64,000 nt of DNA. It comes from Macrostomum lignano. Taxonomy: Eukaryota. The DNA is taken from contig NIVC01000544.1 of the NCBI GenBank assembly GCA_002269645.1, positions 186,001-250,000 on the forward strand, written 5' to 3'. Shown here piece after piece: positions 51,001-63,300 of this stretch (its first letter is position 1; each line of letters starts with the position of its first letter). The translations under genes were made by a program, and so were the position numbers. The notes beneath the pieces were generated by a model. The model was not told the DNA's origin. It saw only the letters and a list, made by a program, of their open reading frames with translations, and made no database searches.

Positions 51001-53754
51001 GAATCAAGTTTAAGGGGGGGGGGGATTCTGATGATGAGAATCAAGTCTCGGAGGGAGAGATTCTAATGATGAGAATCAAGTCTCAGAGGGAGAGATTCTA
51101 ATAATGAGAAGCAATTCTCAGGTGGAATTCTGATGATAAGCAATTCTCAGGGAGAGACTCTCTTGATGGGAATCAAGTCTCAGGGAGAGATTCTCTGGGA
51201 GGGAAGTAGCTCTCAGTGGAGGGAAGATTCTCATGGAGAAAAGCTTTTAGATTCTCAATTTTCGTTGTCACGTCTCGTTGGGAGATGCTGCTCATGATCA
51301 CTTAATTTAGGAAGTAGAAAACGACACAAGCATAAACAACAACCAGCAGAACGACCTGATCGTAACCGCGTCCAAACAGATTCCACAAGGCCGACTCCAG
51401 CGTGGCTCCGATGGTGCACCCGGACTGCGGCAGAGGCGCAGCGGCACCAGCACTGCCAGCCGACGAAGAGGACAGAGCGAAACCGTTTGAGTCGTACTTG
51501 GCGTGCCCGTTCCTATGACGCCTTGGCTGCGGGCCCAGGTGAGCGATACGACAGGGGGCTCCGTTGGGATCTGAAATAAGTAGGGGTTGTACTTTTGTTT
51601 TTTACACAGATCCTCCAAAATGTAATACATAGGAGCATAGGACCCCATAGGTGACATGCACAGGAGAGAACATTTAGGTGAAATACTTCAGGAATTAACA
51701 ACCTTCAGGAAGTACATCATCGGATTTAACAACCTTGAGGAAGTACATCATCGGATTTAACAACCTTCAGGAAGTACATCATTGGAATTAACAACCTTCA
51801 GGAAGTACATCATTGGATTTAACAACCTTCAGGAAGTACATCATCAGATTTAACAACTTTCAGGAAGCACATTTAACAACCTTCAGGAAGTACATCATCG
51901 GATTTAACAACCTTCAGGAAGTACATCATCAGATATAAAAAAACCTTCAGGAAGTACATCATCAGATTTATAACAACTTTCAGGAAGTACATCATCGGAT
52001 TTAACAACCTTCAGGAAGTACATCATCGGATTTAACAACCTTCAGGAAGTACATCATTGGAATTAACAACCTTCAGGAAGTACATCATTGGATTTAACAA
52101 CCTTCAGGAAGTACATCATCAGATTTAACAGCTTTCAGAAAGCACATTTAACAACCTTCAGGAAGTACATCATCGGATTTAACAACCTTCAGGAAGTACA
52201 TCATCAGATATAAAAAACCTTCAGGAAGTACATCATCAGATTTATAACAACTTTCAGGAAGTAGATCATCAAATTTAACAACCTTCAGGAAGTTCACTAT
52301 CAGATTTAACAACTTCAGGAAGTACATCATCAGCTTTAACAACCTTAAGGAAGTACATCATCAGATATAAAAAACCTTCAGGAAGTACACTATCAGATTT
52401 AACAACATCCAAGAAGTACTACATCATCAGATTTAATAACCTTCAGGAAGTACATCATCAGATTTATAACAACCTTCAGGAAGTAGACCATCAGATTTAA
52501 TAACTTCAGGAAGTACATCATCAAATTTAACAACCTTCAGGAAGTTCACTATCAGATTTAACAACTTCAGGAAGTACATCATCAGCTTTAACAACCTTAA
52601 GGAAGTACATCATCAGATATAAAAAAACTTCAGGAAGTACACTATCAGATTTAACAACATCCAAGAAGTACTACATCATCAGATTTAATAACCTTCAGGA
52701 AGTACATCATCAGATTTATAACAACCTTCAGGAAGTAGACCATCAGATTTAATAACTTCAGGAAGTACATCATCAGCTTTAACAACCTTCAGGAAGTACA
52801 TCATCAGATGCAATGCAACAACCTTCAGGAAGCACGATGTACACTACGCGACATTTGGTCAAGTAAGCAAGTACATTAAAAGTGCTCCTCAATAAGGTAC
52901 AGCTTTAGGAGGATTCGAGAAGAGTCGAATAGAAGCCAAACTAAACCAGCAATAAACGCATCTCACTAACCATGCTTAGCAGATTGGTACGGGGGCGAAT
53001 CTCTAGATTTAAGTTGCTCCAAATAGCGCTCAAAAGCGCCAAATTCCATAGCATCTTCAACGCAGAAGCAATCATCTTCTGTATCGTCCATACCGTCCGC
53101 ACCATTCCAGATCTCCGGCTCTGGAGCGTTGTTAAAGTGCAACCCATCCTCGGACGAAACATCGTCCACCTGGCCTTCTCCAATTCGGCCATTATTAGTT
53201 GCTAAGCGACCATTTCTATCTCTACCATTGCTATTAGAATTAACAGAAGACGATTTAGATTGGGAAAATTCTACATGCCTATCGATGCATTCCATCCATA
53301 ACTGTACCGGGCGGTTACACACGGTGGCTTCGCAGACCACATGGCACTGGTCTTTATAGGCTATGTAGATATCAGTGTCAGTCAAACGATGACGCAATGG
53401 TTGCAATCTGCGTATTAGACTCTCTGATAGCACTCGCATCACCAAGGCGGAGTTGCTCGGCCCTATATAGGGTATTAGACGTGATTTAGTTCGACCAGGA
53501 TATGGCAGTCGAGTGAACACAACGATAGCCCTTCGAGATCTCTGAGTATTGTGAAACAGTTTCGCTACAGACTGAACCAGCGGAGCAAGAAATTGCAGAG
53601 TAACCAGCCAATTTAACAGCTGCACTGGCCAGCGACAAACGTGACCAGCCACTCTGACAGCGATGCGAATGGTTTCTATAGCAACTAGCCAGATTAGCAG
53701 CGCATAGGTGTGCAGCATGCTGCGCTTTCGTCTGAGCATAGAACCGTGCAGCAT
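44306..53754 (-). CDS. Fused DUF2064 (TIGR04282-like) and GT2 (TIGR04283-like) transferase, about 733 aa, 6 exons
   Basis: Exons 53754-52971, 51570-51356, 49734-49522, 46683-46354, 45501-45121 and 44584-44306 total 2202 nt in one open frame. N-half motifs: FTRLPYPGRTKSRL, PQSGCTIGATLESA, VVLLSSDVP, LVLGKTGSGGLYLL, ILWGSS, RDLDTIDDL. C-half motifs: VLIPARNEA, IVDGRSVDGT, GRGQMI..G, LVLHADSSLP, AGAF, PIGSQGLF, GGY.DWPFLEDIEF, TSPRRW, GVEPAKL..YY. Start codon uncertain (53754, 53736 or 53718). Confidence 0.88.
44645..45080. repeat. 28-bp minisatellite, array 4, in reverse orientation, in the last intron of the fusion gene
   Basis: ctcagttgctgggccagcctcccagatc units. Confidence 0.93.
45560..46262. 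repeat. 21-bp minisatellite (atgatgatgacccactagact) in fusion-gene intron 4
   Basis: About 32 units. Confidence 0.95.
46705..47095. repeat. 28/31-bp minisatellite, array 5, in fusion-gene intron 3
   Basis: Same unit as arrays 1-4. Confidence 0.93.
47725..49255. repeat. GA-rich microsatellite and ~30-bp polypurine minisatellite, enclosing a 77-bp repeat x4 (48090-48395)
   Basis: (GA)n runs; gagaggcggggagagagagggagagggaaagg units; ggcgcctccaatctcaggcactgac occurs four times. Confidence 0.93.
49790..51240. repeat. ~33-bp minisatellite (gattctaatgatgagaatcaagtc...) in fusion-gene intron 2
   Basis: About 40 units. Confidence 0.93.
51690..52830. repeat. 31-bp minisatellite (aacaaccttcaggaagtacatcatcggattt) in fusion-gene intron 1
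   Basis: About 36 units. Confidence 0.93.
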
Positions 53755-56700
53755 GTTTGAAAACAAAATAAACTAATCAAGTTAGATTAGATTGATGCCT
53801 GTAATTTGAATCTTGGCTGACAATGCTGCAAAATAATTCGGGTGGAGGGGGGGTTAAACTGACTATGGATTTGAACTGATGAAAATATGTAATGAACTTG
53901 TATGCAATGGTGGGCTCAGCACGCCTGTGTAGTGAGACAAACCAGGCTTACAAGCTAAGGTCTGCAACCCTGAACACCTGTACCCCCTCTATTCTGGTGC
54001 AGGAATAGCAGGAGAACTCGCCCCTGACTCACAAGCCAACCCAGGGGTTCACATTCCACATTTGCTCAGGGCACCTCTAGGGCTGCTGGACTTGGATTCT
54101 GTCTTGGCCATATTGGGTATGGATGCCCAGAAGCAAACCTGTGTGTATCAAGGTATCTCTAGCTATGGCTCTGAAGAATCAGGAATCACCCTCTGACCTT
54201 AACAGGGTATGCAGCCAGTTTGCAGGTTCTAGAGATAGCCTTCCTGTCGCCCTTAAGGGCCCAGTGTAGTACTGAGCTAATGGATTTAAGGTATGGCTTC
54301 TAGTTTTTCCAAGTTTCTCAGTTGCTAGTGGTCATACCAGTAAGGGCCACAGATACTACAATAACTAGATAAGCAACTTAGGCATTTATATATATATATT
54401 TAGTAACACAGCATTTTTACTTTTAGTTCAGTTGCAATAAAGAACACATTTAAGCTATTTCAGAAAAATAAAGGTACCTAAAATGACTAAACTATAAAAT
54501 TGAAAGTTTTTCATTTCTACAAATATTACTCATATTACTTCTTTTTAGTCATATAATTTTGACCATAGATAGCTATTTTGAGTTTCTTAATCTTATAAAG
54601 GTCTTGGTTAAGGGCTAAATAATATCATATTTTTTTAGTTTTTTAAGACTTAAGATCTATACTATTAAGACAATTGAGATTTGACCAAGATTTAAGATTA
54701 AGCCTAATTAGTATCTAGTAGGTCTATTTATATTATTATATCTATTAATGCTAATATTATTTTTTTAATATATACAATGATGATAATAGAAGGAAACCAA
54801 TGACTATTTAATATTGAGCTTGTTAATAACTTCATATATTTATTTAAACCCTTTAAAATGAAAACTTTTTTGAAAATGAAACCTAGCCTAGGCCTATATG
54901 AATATAAACTTACAAAAATTATGCAAAACAAGCTACAACTACAACATTGTTGTTTTAGTCAAGAAACAACTAAATAAACTTATCTATTGCATTTACTTTA
55001 TAAGAGAAAAAATGAAATTAAAGCCTAATGGTTAAAGTCTAAAAGCATTGGTTTTAGGCCTACTTTTAGTTGAACATAAGAAGCATATTGTCTCAAATCT
55101 TATCATATTGTCTTGAATCTTAATCTAGAACAAAATCTCAATATCAGCCACCTATTATAAAAAGAAAAATATAATGTTCCATCTATATTATAATGGCACT
55201 GCCGGATTTGTAGCCATTAGAAAGGGGTTCCGGTGCAAGAACTCTAGCCATTGCCCTTTGTTAGCTTGCTATATATATAGGTTGGGTATAACTTTTTAAG
55301 GCTTTCACTAATTTTCAAACTAGCCAAAGCCTAGACTAAAGTAGGTCTATATTTTTAATTTTAGGCCTTAGCCTACTTTTATCTTTTAATGAGACTTGAA
55401 TAAAATGGAAAAATAGTAGGCCTAGCCCTAGCTAGACTATTTAAATATTAGTAGACTAGCTATACTAGCTTTAGTAGACTACTAAAAATAGGCCTAACTT
55501 TCCAAAAATCACATTGGAGTCTCCAGGCTAAACAATAGTAATGAATAGGGGCCTAAAAAGACTAAAGAGGTCAAAAAGATCTTAGCCCTAATCTTGATCT
55601 TGTCTTAGGCCTATTTAAGTCCTCTTGAAAATAGACTTCTTGTTTTAGATTTATCATTTATATTAAAAGATTTAAGAGTTTTTTATCTAGAATTCCACTC
55701 CCTTCCCTAGCAACATTTTACTAATTAACTCTAGTAGCTTTGTTCGTACATACACATCAGTACTGCAAGTGGAAGACTAGTGTAGGCCTAGAATATTAGG
55801 CATAGCTTTGTTATGTATGTTATTCACGTCATTAGTCATTTAAACTTAACTCAAGAAGTCACCGACAGTTCATTTATCACCCATGGAGTACATGCATAGT
55901 ATTTGGAGGTCTAATGATCCTAAGGATTTATATATGGCTAGATTTTTCGACCTGGCTGGGCACCTAAACTGGACATGCGTAGGGTGCGTGTATGCAAAAT
56001 TTTCTAGACTTAAAATTAAATGCGAAGTGTGCACTTTGATAAAAATTAACGCAAAACTGCTCCGGGCCGTGACTTTGTTTATTATGCTCATTATAAGTAA
56101 ATATTAAAGTATTTAGCCTAAAAAACGTTAGAGTTACACTAAAAGTTATATAACTTCACTGTTTTAAACTATAATTATTGCCAATTCAGACAGTTTTTGT
56201 CGGCATGCTATGTTATAGAAAGCGTTGTACTAAATTTAACCTGCTCAAAAAGGCAGCTTTTAAAAATATATTCGTCGTACTCGTAGACTTCATTGTTGTT
56301 ATTGTAAATGTAATTGCTTTGGGCCTTTACTTTGATCCTCTCGCTTTTCTCCAAAAAGTAAAAATCAAATTTTTTTTCGTTTAGATCAGCAACTTTTTTC
56401 TCCATTTGCTTTAATGGATTTTTTGCGAATGATAGGACTCTTACTGTTAGTGTTAGGCTTACTTAATATAGGCCTTGTCATACTCGTACTCTCTCAGGAT
56501 TTCTGTATTAAAAACAAGTAGCTTAAGCTTTACCCAACTATTTTTATGTGAGGTATATAGACAAATCTTAAATCCGATTTTATTGTACCTTGTATTGTTC
56601 TTTATTTCAGCTAGGCATCATACATAGCATCACATCATATCTATCTTGCATCTAATCCAGACTAGAGAATAGATTAGTATAATTTGATCTTATAGTTTTA

Positions 56701-57769
56701 CTTTTGATTTTTTTTTCAATATTAAACTATGTCGAGTTTCACTCAATGTTGCACTTTTAGCCCTATTATTGTACTTAATATATTTTTCAATTTAGATATA
56801 GTTACCCATTGGATTGCATTGATTGAAAACATAAAACTTCCTTATCTATTCTGCATGTTTATCAGACTAGACTTTAAGTTTAACAGTCAGTCAATTAATT
56901 TTCTTGCGATCGAACTATATAAGATGTAAATAAGTTAAACTACAACACACTAGTACAATCTGTGTGCAATGTTTGATTTATAATATTTTACTTAAAGGCA
57001 ATAAAACTAAGGTAATATTGATTAAAATAAGTAATCAAGTAACTTTCCAATCATAAATATTATAAATTGAAAATTGCAACATTGGATTAGCCTTTATATT
57101 TCTCAAGCCTAATGCTTTCTATTCAGTAATTAAGAAATTTGGTATTGAATTACTTATAAATTATTATTTTAAATCATACATAACTGTTACTAATTGTAGC
57201 CATAACAAGGCTCGCGTACCAGTAAAATTTTATGATAGACTAGCATCGTTTTTAGATTTTACCATTACAAAAAACAGACCTCTTGCAGTGTACAGTTTTT
57301 GCAGCAGTATAAGCAAACAGCATCTTGTGGCGAATCATAAGTTCGTAAAAATCTTGTAATGATTAATCAGAAACTAATTAAGAGGAAGTGACGCCCAAAG
57401 TTGACATTCAATACTTTGATAGCCGCCTATCTTTAGAGATGTCCAATGTGGGCATTTAGCTGACTGAATTATAATGACTAATTGGCCCCATCGTACGTCG
57501 ACCTGTGATAATCGGCACTCTTATCAGTTCCAATGGACAAGATCAAACCAGAGCCAGAACGTGTGCACCCACACACCCACAGACACACGCAGCTAAGCAT
57601 AATGCAGAATGAAGTCGCCTTGGCAAAGGAATTGTGTCTAATTTTAGTCATGCTATAGCTAAACACTAAAGAGGTAACAGAATCTCTATCGTTCCTTTAT
57701 CCAACCCGCGTATGTTCTATACGCAATCTCTTATCTACGAATTAAGCTAAGTCCCTCTATTTGCCCAGA

Positions 57770-57890
57770 CCCAATGGCGCTTTGCCTGCATTTCTAATGC
57801 TCTGCGCGTAAACGCGTGCGTAACACCCAATTCCAAGCCAAACCGCGGCCAATGAGGCGTGGAAAAAAATGTTCGCATCGGCCAATCGAT
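57770..57890 (+). promoter_or_regulatory. Cluster of CCAAT boxes upstream of the C2CD2-like gene
   Basis: ccaat at 57771, 57849 and 57882; the last two are ggccaat 33 bp apart, in a CpG-rich patch about 350 bp before the ATG. Confidence 0.4.
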
Positions 57891-58221
57891 GCCCATGCAG
57901 TCCGTTACATCCCCGGCGAGCTTATTTAAACAAAATTGTAGGCGTTTATAGCAGAAGAGTTTTCTAATTGTCCAATAACCGATACTAGAATAGCTTGAAA
58001 TATTTCAGCTTTTCCCTGACAAGCTACACCGCATGAGAAGACCTGCAATAAGAACTCAACGGCTATAGAAACCCATTTTTTCGCAATTTCTCCGCAAACA
58101 TGACTGGATAGATTTTATTTAGCAACGCCTCCCATTGAGAGAAGAGCCAAAGTCTTCTCTTGTTCGAGATTTTGTTTTGCTCTGTTTTTCTTTTTCCGTC
58201 ATTGTTGAACCAAGCACCGGC

Positions 58222-58695
58222 ATGGCCGACATCACGATGCAACTCATCTGGTACCGGCTGAACGAACTCTATAATAGTACGTCGGAACAACTGGCCGGCA
58301 CAGATCTGGCTAAATTAGACGTCCTTGACCTGCTGTTTGTCGGCTGGTGCCTATTCGGCATTCTAGCCGTTGTCATAATCAATTTTATCTACGAATTGGT
58401 TCATCCAAAGCAGCAACAACAGAAACAGACGGTTGGCAATAAGAAACAGGAGAGCCAGCAGGAGACGCCAGTGTTTCTGCGATCCAAACAGACTCCGGCT
58501 GTTCAGCAGAATGGGCCGCTGAGCTCCATCGACGAGTTGATTGAACCGAACTCATCAGGCGCAGAGTCCTGCTGCTGGCTCAACACTCTGGTTGCTTGGC
58601 TGTTTCTAAATAGAAGCTGCGCTCCAGCCCTGCTAGAGGCCTGGCTCAGCGCACTGAACTATGCGCTGTCCAAAGAGAAACAATTTGATGGACGA
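58222..58695 (+). CDS. First coding exon of a C2CD2/C2CD2L (TMEM24)-like SMP lipid-transfer protein; remainder not found in the window
   Basis: N-terminal TM LLFVGWCLFGILAVVIINFIY, then AESCCWLNTLVAWLF...LLEAWLSALN; donor cga|gtgagt at 58695/58696. Confidence 0.65.
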
Positions 58696-58849
58696 GTGAG
58701 TGTCACGAATATTAATTAGCCTTGTCTGTTTTGTTTATCGTATCGGGTTTTTTTCAGTTTGCAACCAACTCTATCTTATGGTTCTGTTTCTGATTGTCAG
58801 ATTTTCATTTCTTTTAGTTCAGGTTTCTCCACATTGATCTAGTTTGATT

Positions 58850-59400
58850 CTGGTTCATCAAGTTTGATTCTCGTTCATTGAGTTTGATTCCGGTTCATCA
58901 AGTTTGATTCTGGTTCATCAAGTTTGATTCTGGTTCATCAAGTTTGATTCCGGTTCATCAAGTTTGATTCCGGTTCATCAAGTTTGATTCTGGTTCATCA
59001 AGTTTGATTCTTGTTCATTAAGTTTGATTCTTGTTCATCAAGTTTGATTCTGGTTCATCAAGTTTGATTCCAGTTCATCAAATTTGATTCTGGTTCATCA
59101 AGTTTGATTAAGGTCCATCAAGTTTGATTCCGGTTCATCATGTTTGATTCTGGTTCATCAAGTTTGATTAAGGTCCATCAAGTTTGATTCTGGTTCATCA
59201 AGTTTGATTCCGGTTCATCAAGTTTGATTCTTGTTCATTAAGTTTGATTCTTGTTCATCAAGTTTGATTCTGGTTCATCAAGTTTGATTCCAGTTCATCA
59301 AGTTTGATTCCGGTTCATCAAATTTGATTCCGGTTCATCAAGTTTGATTCCGGTTTATCAAGTTTGTTTCCGGTTCATTTAAAAGTTTATCGTCGGTTCA
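58850..59400. repeat. 20-bp minisatellite (aagtttgattctggttcatc), intronic
   Basis: About 26 units. Confidence 0.95.
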
Positions 59401-60303
59401 TCCAGATTGCTTTCGACTTCTCTATATATTGCCTTCTATTTGGCTTCCATCTAATTTATTCATTATGTTTCTGAAAAGTATTCTTTTCAAACGTATTTTT
59501 AAGCTAGATCCTAATCTGGTTGATTGCAAAAGCTAGAATAGATTAAATTCTTAATCCGGCCTGAAATAAAGAATCCTTAACAAGAATTAGGTACACGTTT
59601 ATTACAGCGTGCTAATATTCTTCCACATGCACCCTGTTACCATGCATAATTAACTAGGTTGCCACCAGATAAACTCTCCAATACTGTACGTGCGTAGTTC
59701 TGATAGAAAGAAAACGAACTTAAAAGAGTTTTCAAATGCGTCTTTTAGCTCATCAATATAGCTCGTACATGATAAACAGTCCTTGAAAATCCTTTTTTTG
59801 CTTTAAGGTTCTAATTTTTTGTGGCCTTTGCTTCCATCAGCTTCAAGCTTCGCAGTTCTATAATGCAGAAGTTGTTTCTATATAGGGCTAACAGTACGCA
59901 GTATGTATAAGTCAAGTTTTAGTCAAGTTCACTGCGTTGGGAAACTGGCCCAAACAGCTAGTTGATTTTGGTTTGGCTCTGTCCGAATCTTGATTTGCCT
60001 GATTGGGAAGGCAGGAGGGAAAGCAGCGGTCGGTGCAAGGTTTGGGGGAATCTGGATTTGCAAGATTTGCTTGTCCTTCGCTGCCCTCTGCTTTGCCTAA
60101 GCCAAGAAGACTTAAAGCACCAGAACCAGAAGCAGAAGCAAACAGCAGACCGTGCATTTTCAATTATTATTCAATATTTCAATTTTTTTCGAACTAGGCA
60201 TCAAAGAGTTTTGATGTAGAAAAGTCAATATTAGCTTCATAAGTGTGTTGGCTCAGAATTAAATGATTGTTTTACTCAAAGACGATAATTACTTATGGAC
60301 TAC

Positions 60304-63300
60304 CAGGGGCGTCGCCATGGATTTTATGGTGGGGGGGCAGAGCAAAGAATTTTAGATATACATGTACATGACTAAATTCCTATGTACATTATTTTGAAAG
60401 TCGGTGTTGTCAGCGCTCATTTTGGCGCCACAGGCACTCATTTTAGCGCCACAGGCACTCATTTTAGCGCCACAATCACTCATTTCAGCGCCGCAGGCAC
60501 TCATTTTTAGCGCCACAGGTACTCATTTTAGCGCCGCAGGCACTCATTTCAGCGCCGCAGGCACTCATTTTAGCGCCGCAGGCACTCATTTTAGCGCCAC
60601 AGGCACTCATTTTGGCGCCACAGGCACTCATTTTAGCGCCGCAGGCACTCATTTTGGCGCCACAGGCACTCATTTTGGCGCCACAGGCACTCATTTTAGC
60701 GCCTCAGGCACTCATTTTAGCGCCACAGGCACTCATTTTAGCGCCACAGGCACTCATTTTAGCGCCGCAGGCACTCATTTTAGCGCCACAGGCACTCATT
60801 TTAGCGCCGCAGGCACTCATTTTGGCGCCACAGGCACTCATTTTAGCGCCACAGGTACTCATTTTAGCGCCGCAGGCACTCATTTCAGCGCCGCAGGCAC
60901 TCATTTTTAGCGCCATAGGTACTCATTTTAGCGCCGCAGGCACTCATTTCAGCGCCGCAGGCACTCATTTTAGCGCCGCAGGCACTCATTTTGGCGCCAC
61001 AGGCACTCATTTTAGCGCCGCAGGCACTCATTTTAGCGCCTCAGGCACTCATTTTAGCGCCACAGGCACTCATTTTAGCGCCACAGGCACTCATTTTAGC
61101 GCCGCAGGCACTCATTTTAGCGACACAGGCACTCATTTTGGCGCCACAGGCACTCATTTTAGCGCCTCAGGCACTCATTTTAGCGCCACAGGCACTCATT
61201 TTAGCGAAGCAGGCACTCATTTTGGCGCCACAGGCACTCATTTTAGCGCCACAATCACTCATTTTAGCGCCTCAGGCACTCATTTTAGCGCCACAGGCAC
61301 TCATTTTAGCGCCGCAGGCACTCATTTTAGCGCCGCAGGCACTCATTTTAGCGCCACAGGCACTCATTTTAGCGCCGCAGGCACTCATTTTAGCGCCGCA
61401 GGCACTCATTTTAGCGCCTCAGGCACTCATTTTAGCGCCTCAGGCACTCATTTTAGCGCCACAGGCACTCATTTTAGCGCCACAGGCACTCATTTTAGCG
61501 CCGCAGGCACTCATTTTAGCGCAACAGGCACTCATTTTGGCGCCACAGGCACTCATTTTAGCGCCTCAGGCACTCATTTTAGCGCCACAGGCACTCATTT
61601 TAGCGAAGCAGGCACTCATTTTGGCGCCACAGGCACTCATTTTAGCGCCACAATCACTCATTTTAGCGCCTCAGGCACTCATTTTAGCGCCACAGGCACT
61701 CATTCTAGCGCCGCAGGCACTCATTTTAGCGCCGCAGGCACTCATTTTAGCGCCGCAGGCACTCATTTTAGCGCCTCAGGCACTCATTTTAGCGCCACAG
61801 GCACTCATTTTAGCGCCGCAGGCACTCATTTTGGCGCCACAGGCACTCATTTTAGCGCCACAATCACTCATTTTAGCGCCTCAGGCACTCATTTTAGCGC
61901 CACAGGCACTCACTTTAGCGCCGCAGGCACTCATTTCAGCGCCGCAGGCACTCATTTTTAGCGCCATAGGTACTCATTTTAGCGCCGCAGGCACTCATTT
62001 TAGCGCCGCAGGCACTCATTTTAGCGCCGCAGGCACTCATTTTGGCGCCACAGGCACTCATTTTAGCGCCGCAGGCACTCATTTTAGCGCCTCAGGCACT
62101 CATTTTAGCGCCACAGGCACTCATTTTAGCGCCACAGGCACTCATTCTAGCGCCGCAGGCACTCATTTTAGCGACACAGGCACTCATTTTGGCGCCACAG
62201 GCACTCATTTTAGCGCCTCAGGCACTCATTTTAGCGCCACAGGCACTCATTTTAGCGCCGCAGGCACTCATTTTGGCGCCACAGGCACTCATTTTAGCGC
62301 CACAATCACTCATTTTAGCGCCGCAGGCACTCATTTTAGCGCCACAGGCACTCACTTTAGCGCCGCAGGCACTCATTTTAGCGCCGCAGGCACTCATTTT
62401 AGCGCCGCAGGCACTCATTTTAGCGCCGCAGGCACTCATTTTAGCGCCGCAGGCACTCATTTTAGCGCCGCAGGCACTCATTTTAGCGCCACAGGCACTC
62501 ATTTTAGCGCCGCAGGCACTCATTTTAGCGCCGCAGGCACTCATTTTAGCGCCTCAGGCACGCATTTTAGCGCCGCAGGCACTCATTTTAGCGCCACAGG
62601 CACTCATTTTAGCGCCACAGGCACTCACTTTAGCGCCGCAGGCACTCATTTTAGCGCAACAGGCACTCATTTTAGCGCCGCAGGCACTCAGTTTAGCGCC
62701 GCAGGCACTCATTTTAGCGCCGCAGGCACTCATTTTAGCGCCGCAGGCACTCATTTTAGCGCCACAGGCACTCATTTTAGCGCCTCAGGCACTCATTTTA
62801 GCGCCACAGGCACTCATTTTAGCGCCGCAGGCACTCATTTTGGCGCCACAGGCACTCATTTTAGCGCCACAGGTACTCATTTTAGCGCCGCAGGCACTCA
62901 TTTTAGCGCCACAGGCACTCATTTTAGCGCCGCAGGCACTCATTTTAGCGCCGCAGGCACTCATTTTAGCGCCGCAGGCACTCATTTTAGCGCCACAGGC
63001 ACTCATTTTAGCGCCGCAGGCACTCATTTTAGCGCCACAGGCACTCATTTTAGCGCCACAGGCACTCACTTTAGCGCCGCAGGCACTCATTTTAGCGCCG
63101 CAGGCACTCATTTTAGCGCCGCAGGCACTCATTTTAGCGCCGCAGGCACTCATTTTAGCGCCGCAGGCACTCATTTTAGCGCCACAGGCACTCATTTTAG
63201 CGCCACAGGCACTCATTTTAGCGCCGCAGGCACTCATTTTAGCGCCGCAGGCACTCATTGTAGCGCCTCAGGCACTCATTTTAGCGCCGCAGGCACTCAT

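Noticed and set aside
44306-53766. Bacterial contamination as the source of the transferase gene
   Set aside because: Five GT-AG introns filled with host-type satellites, one family shared with neighbouring animal genes.
54400-57700. Short ORFs in the AT-rich spacer between the divergent genes (also 34.8-35.4 kb and 59.9-60.2 kb)
   Set aside because: No recognisable motifs or consistent splice structure; compatible with chance ORFs.
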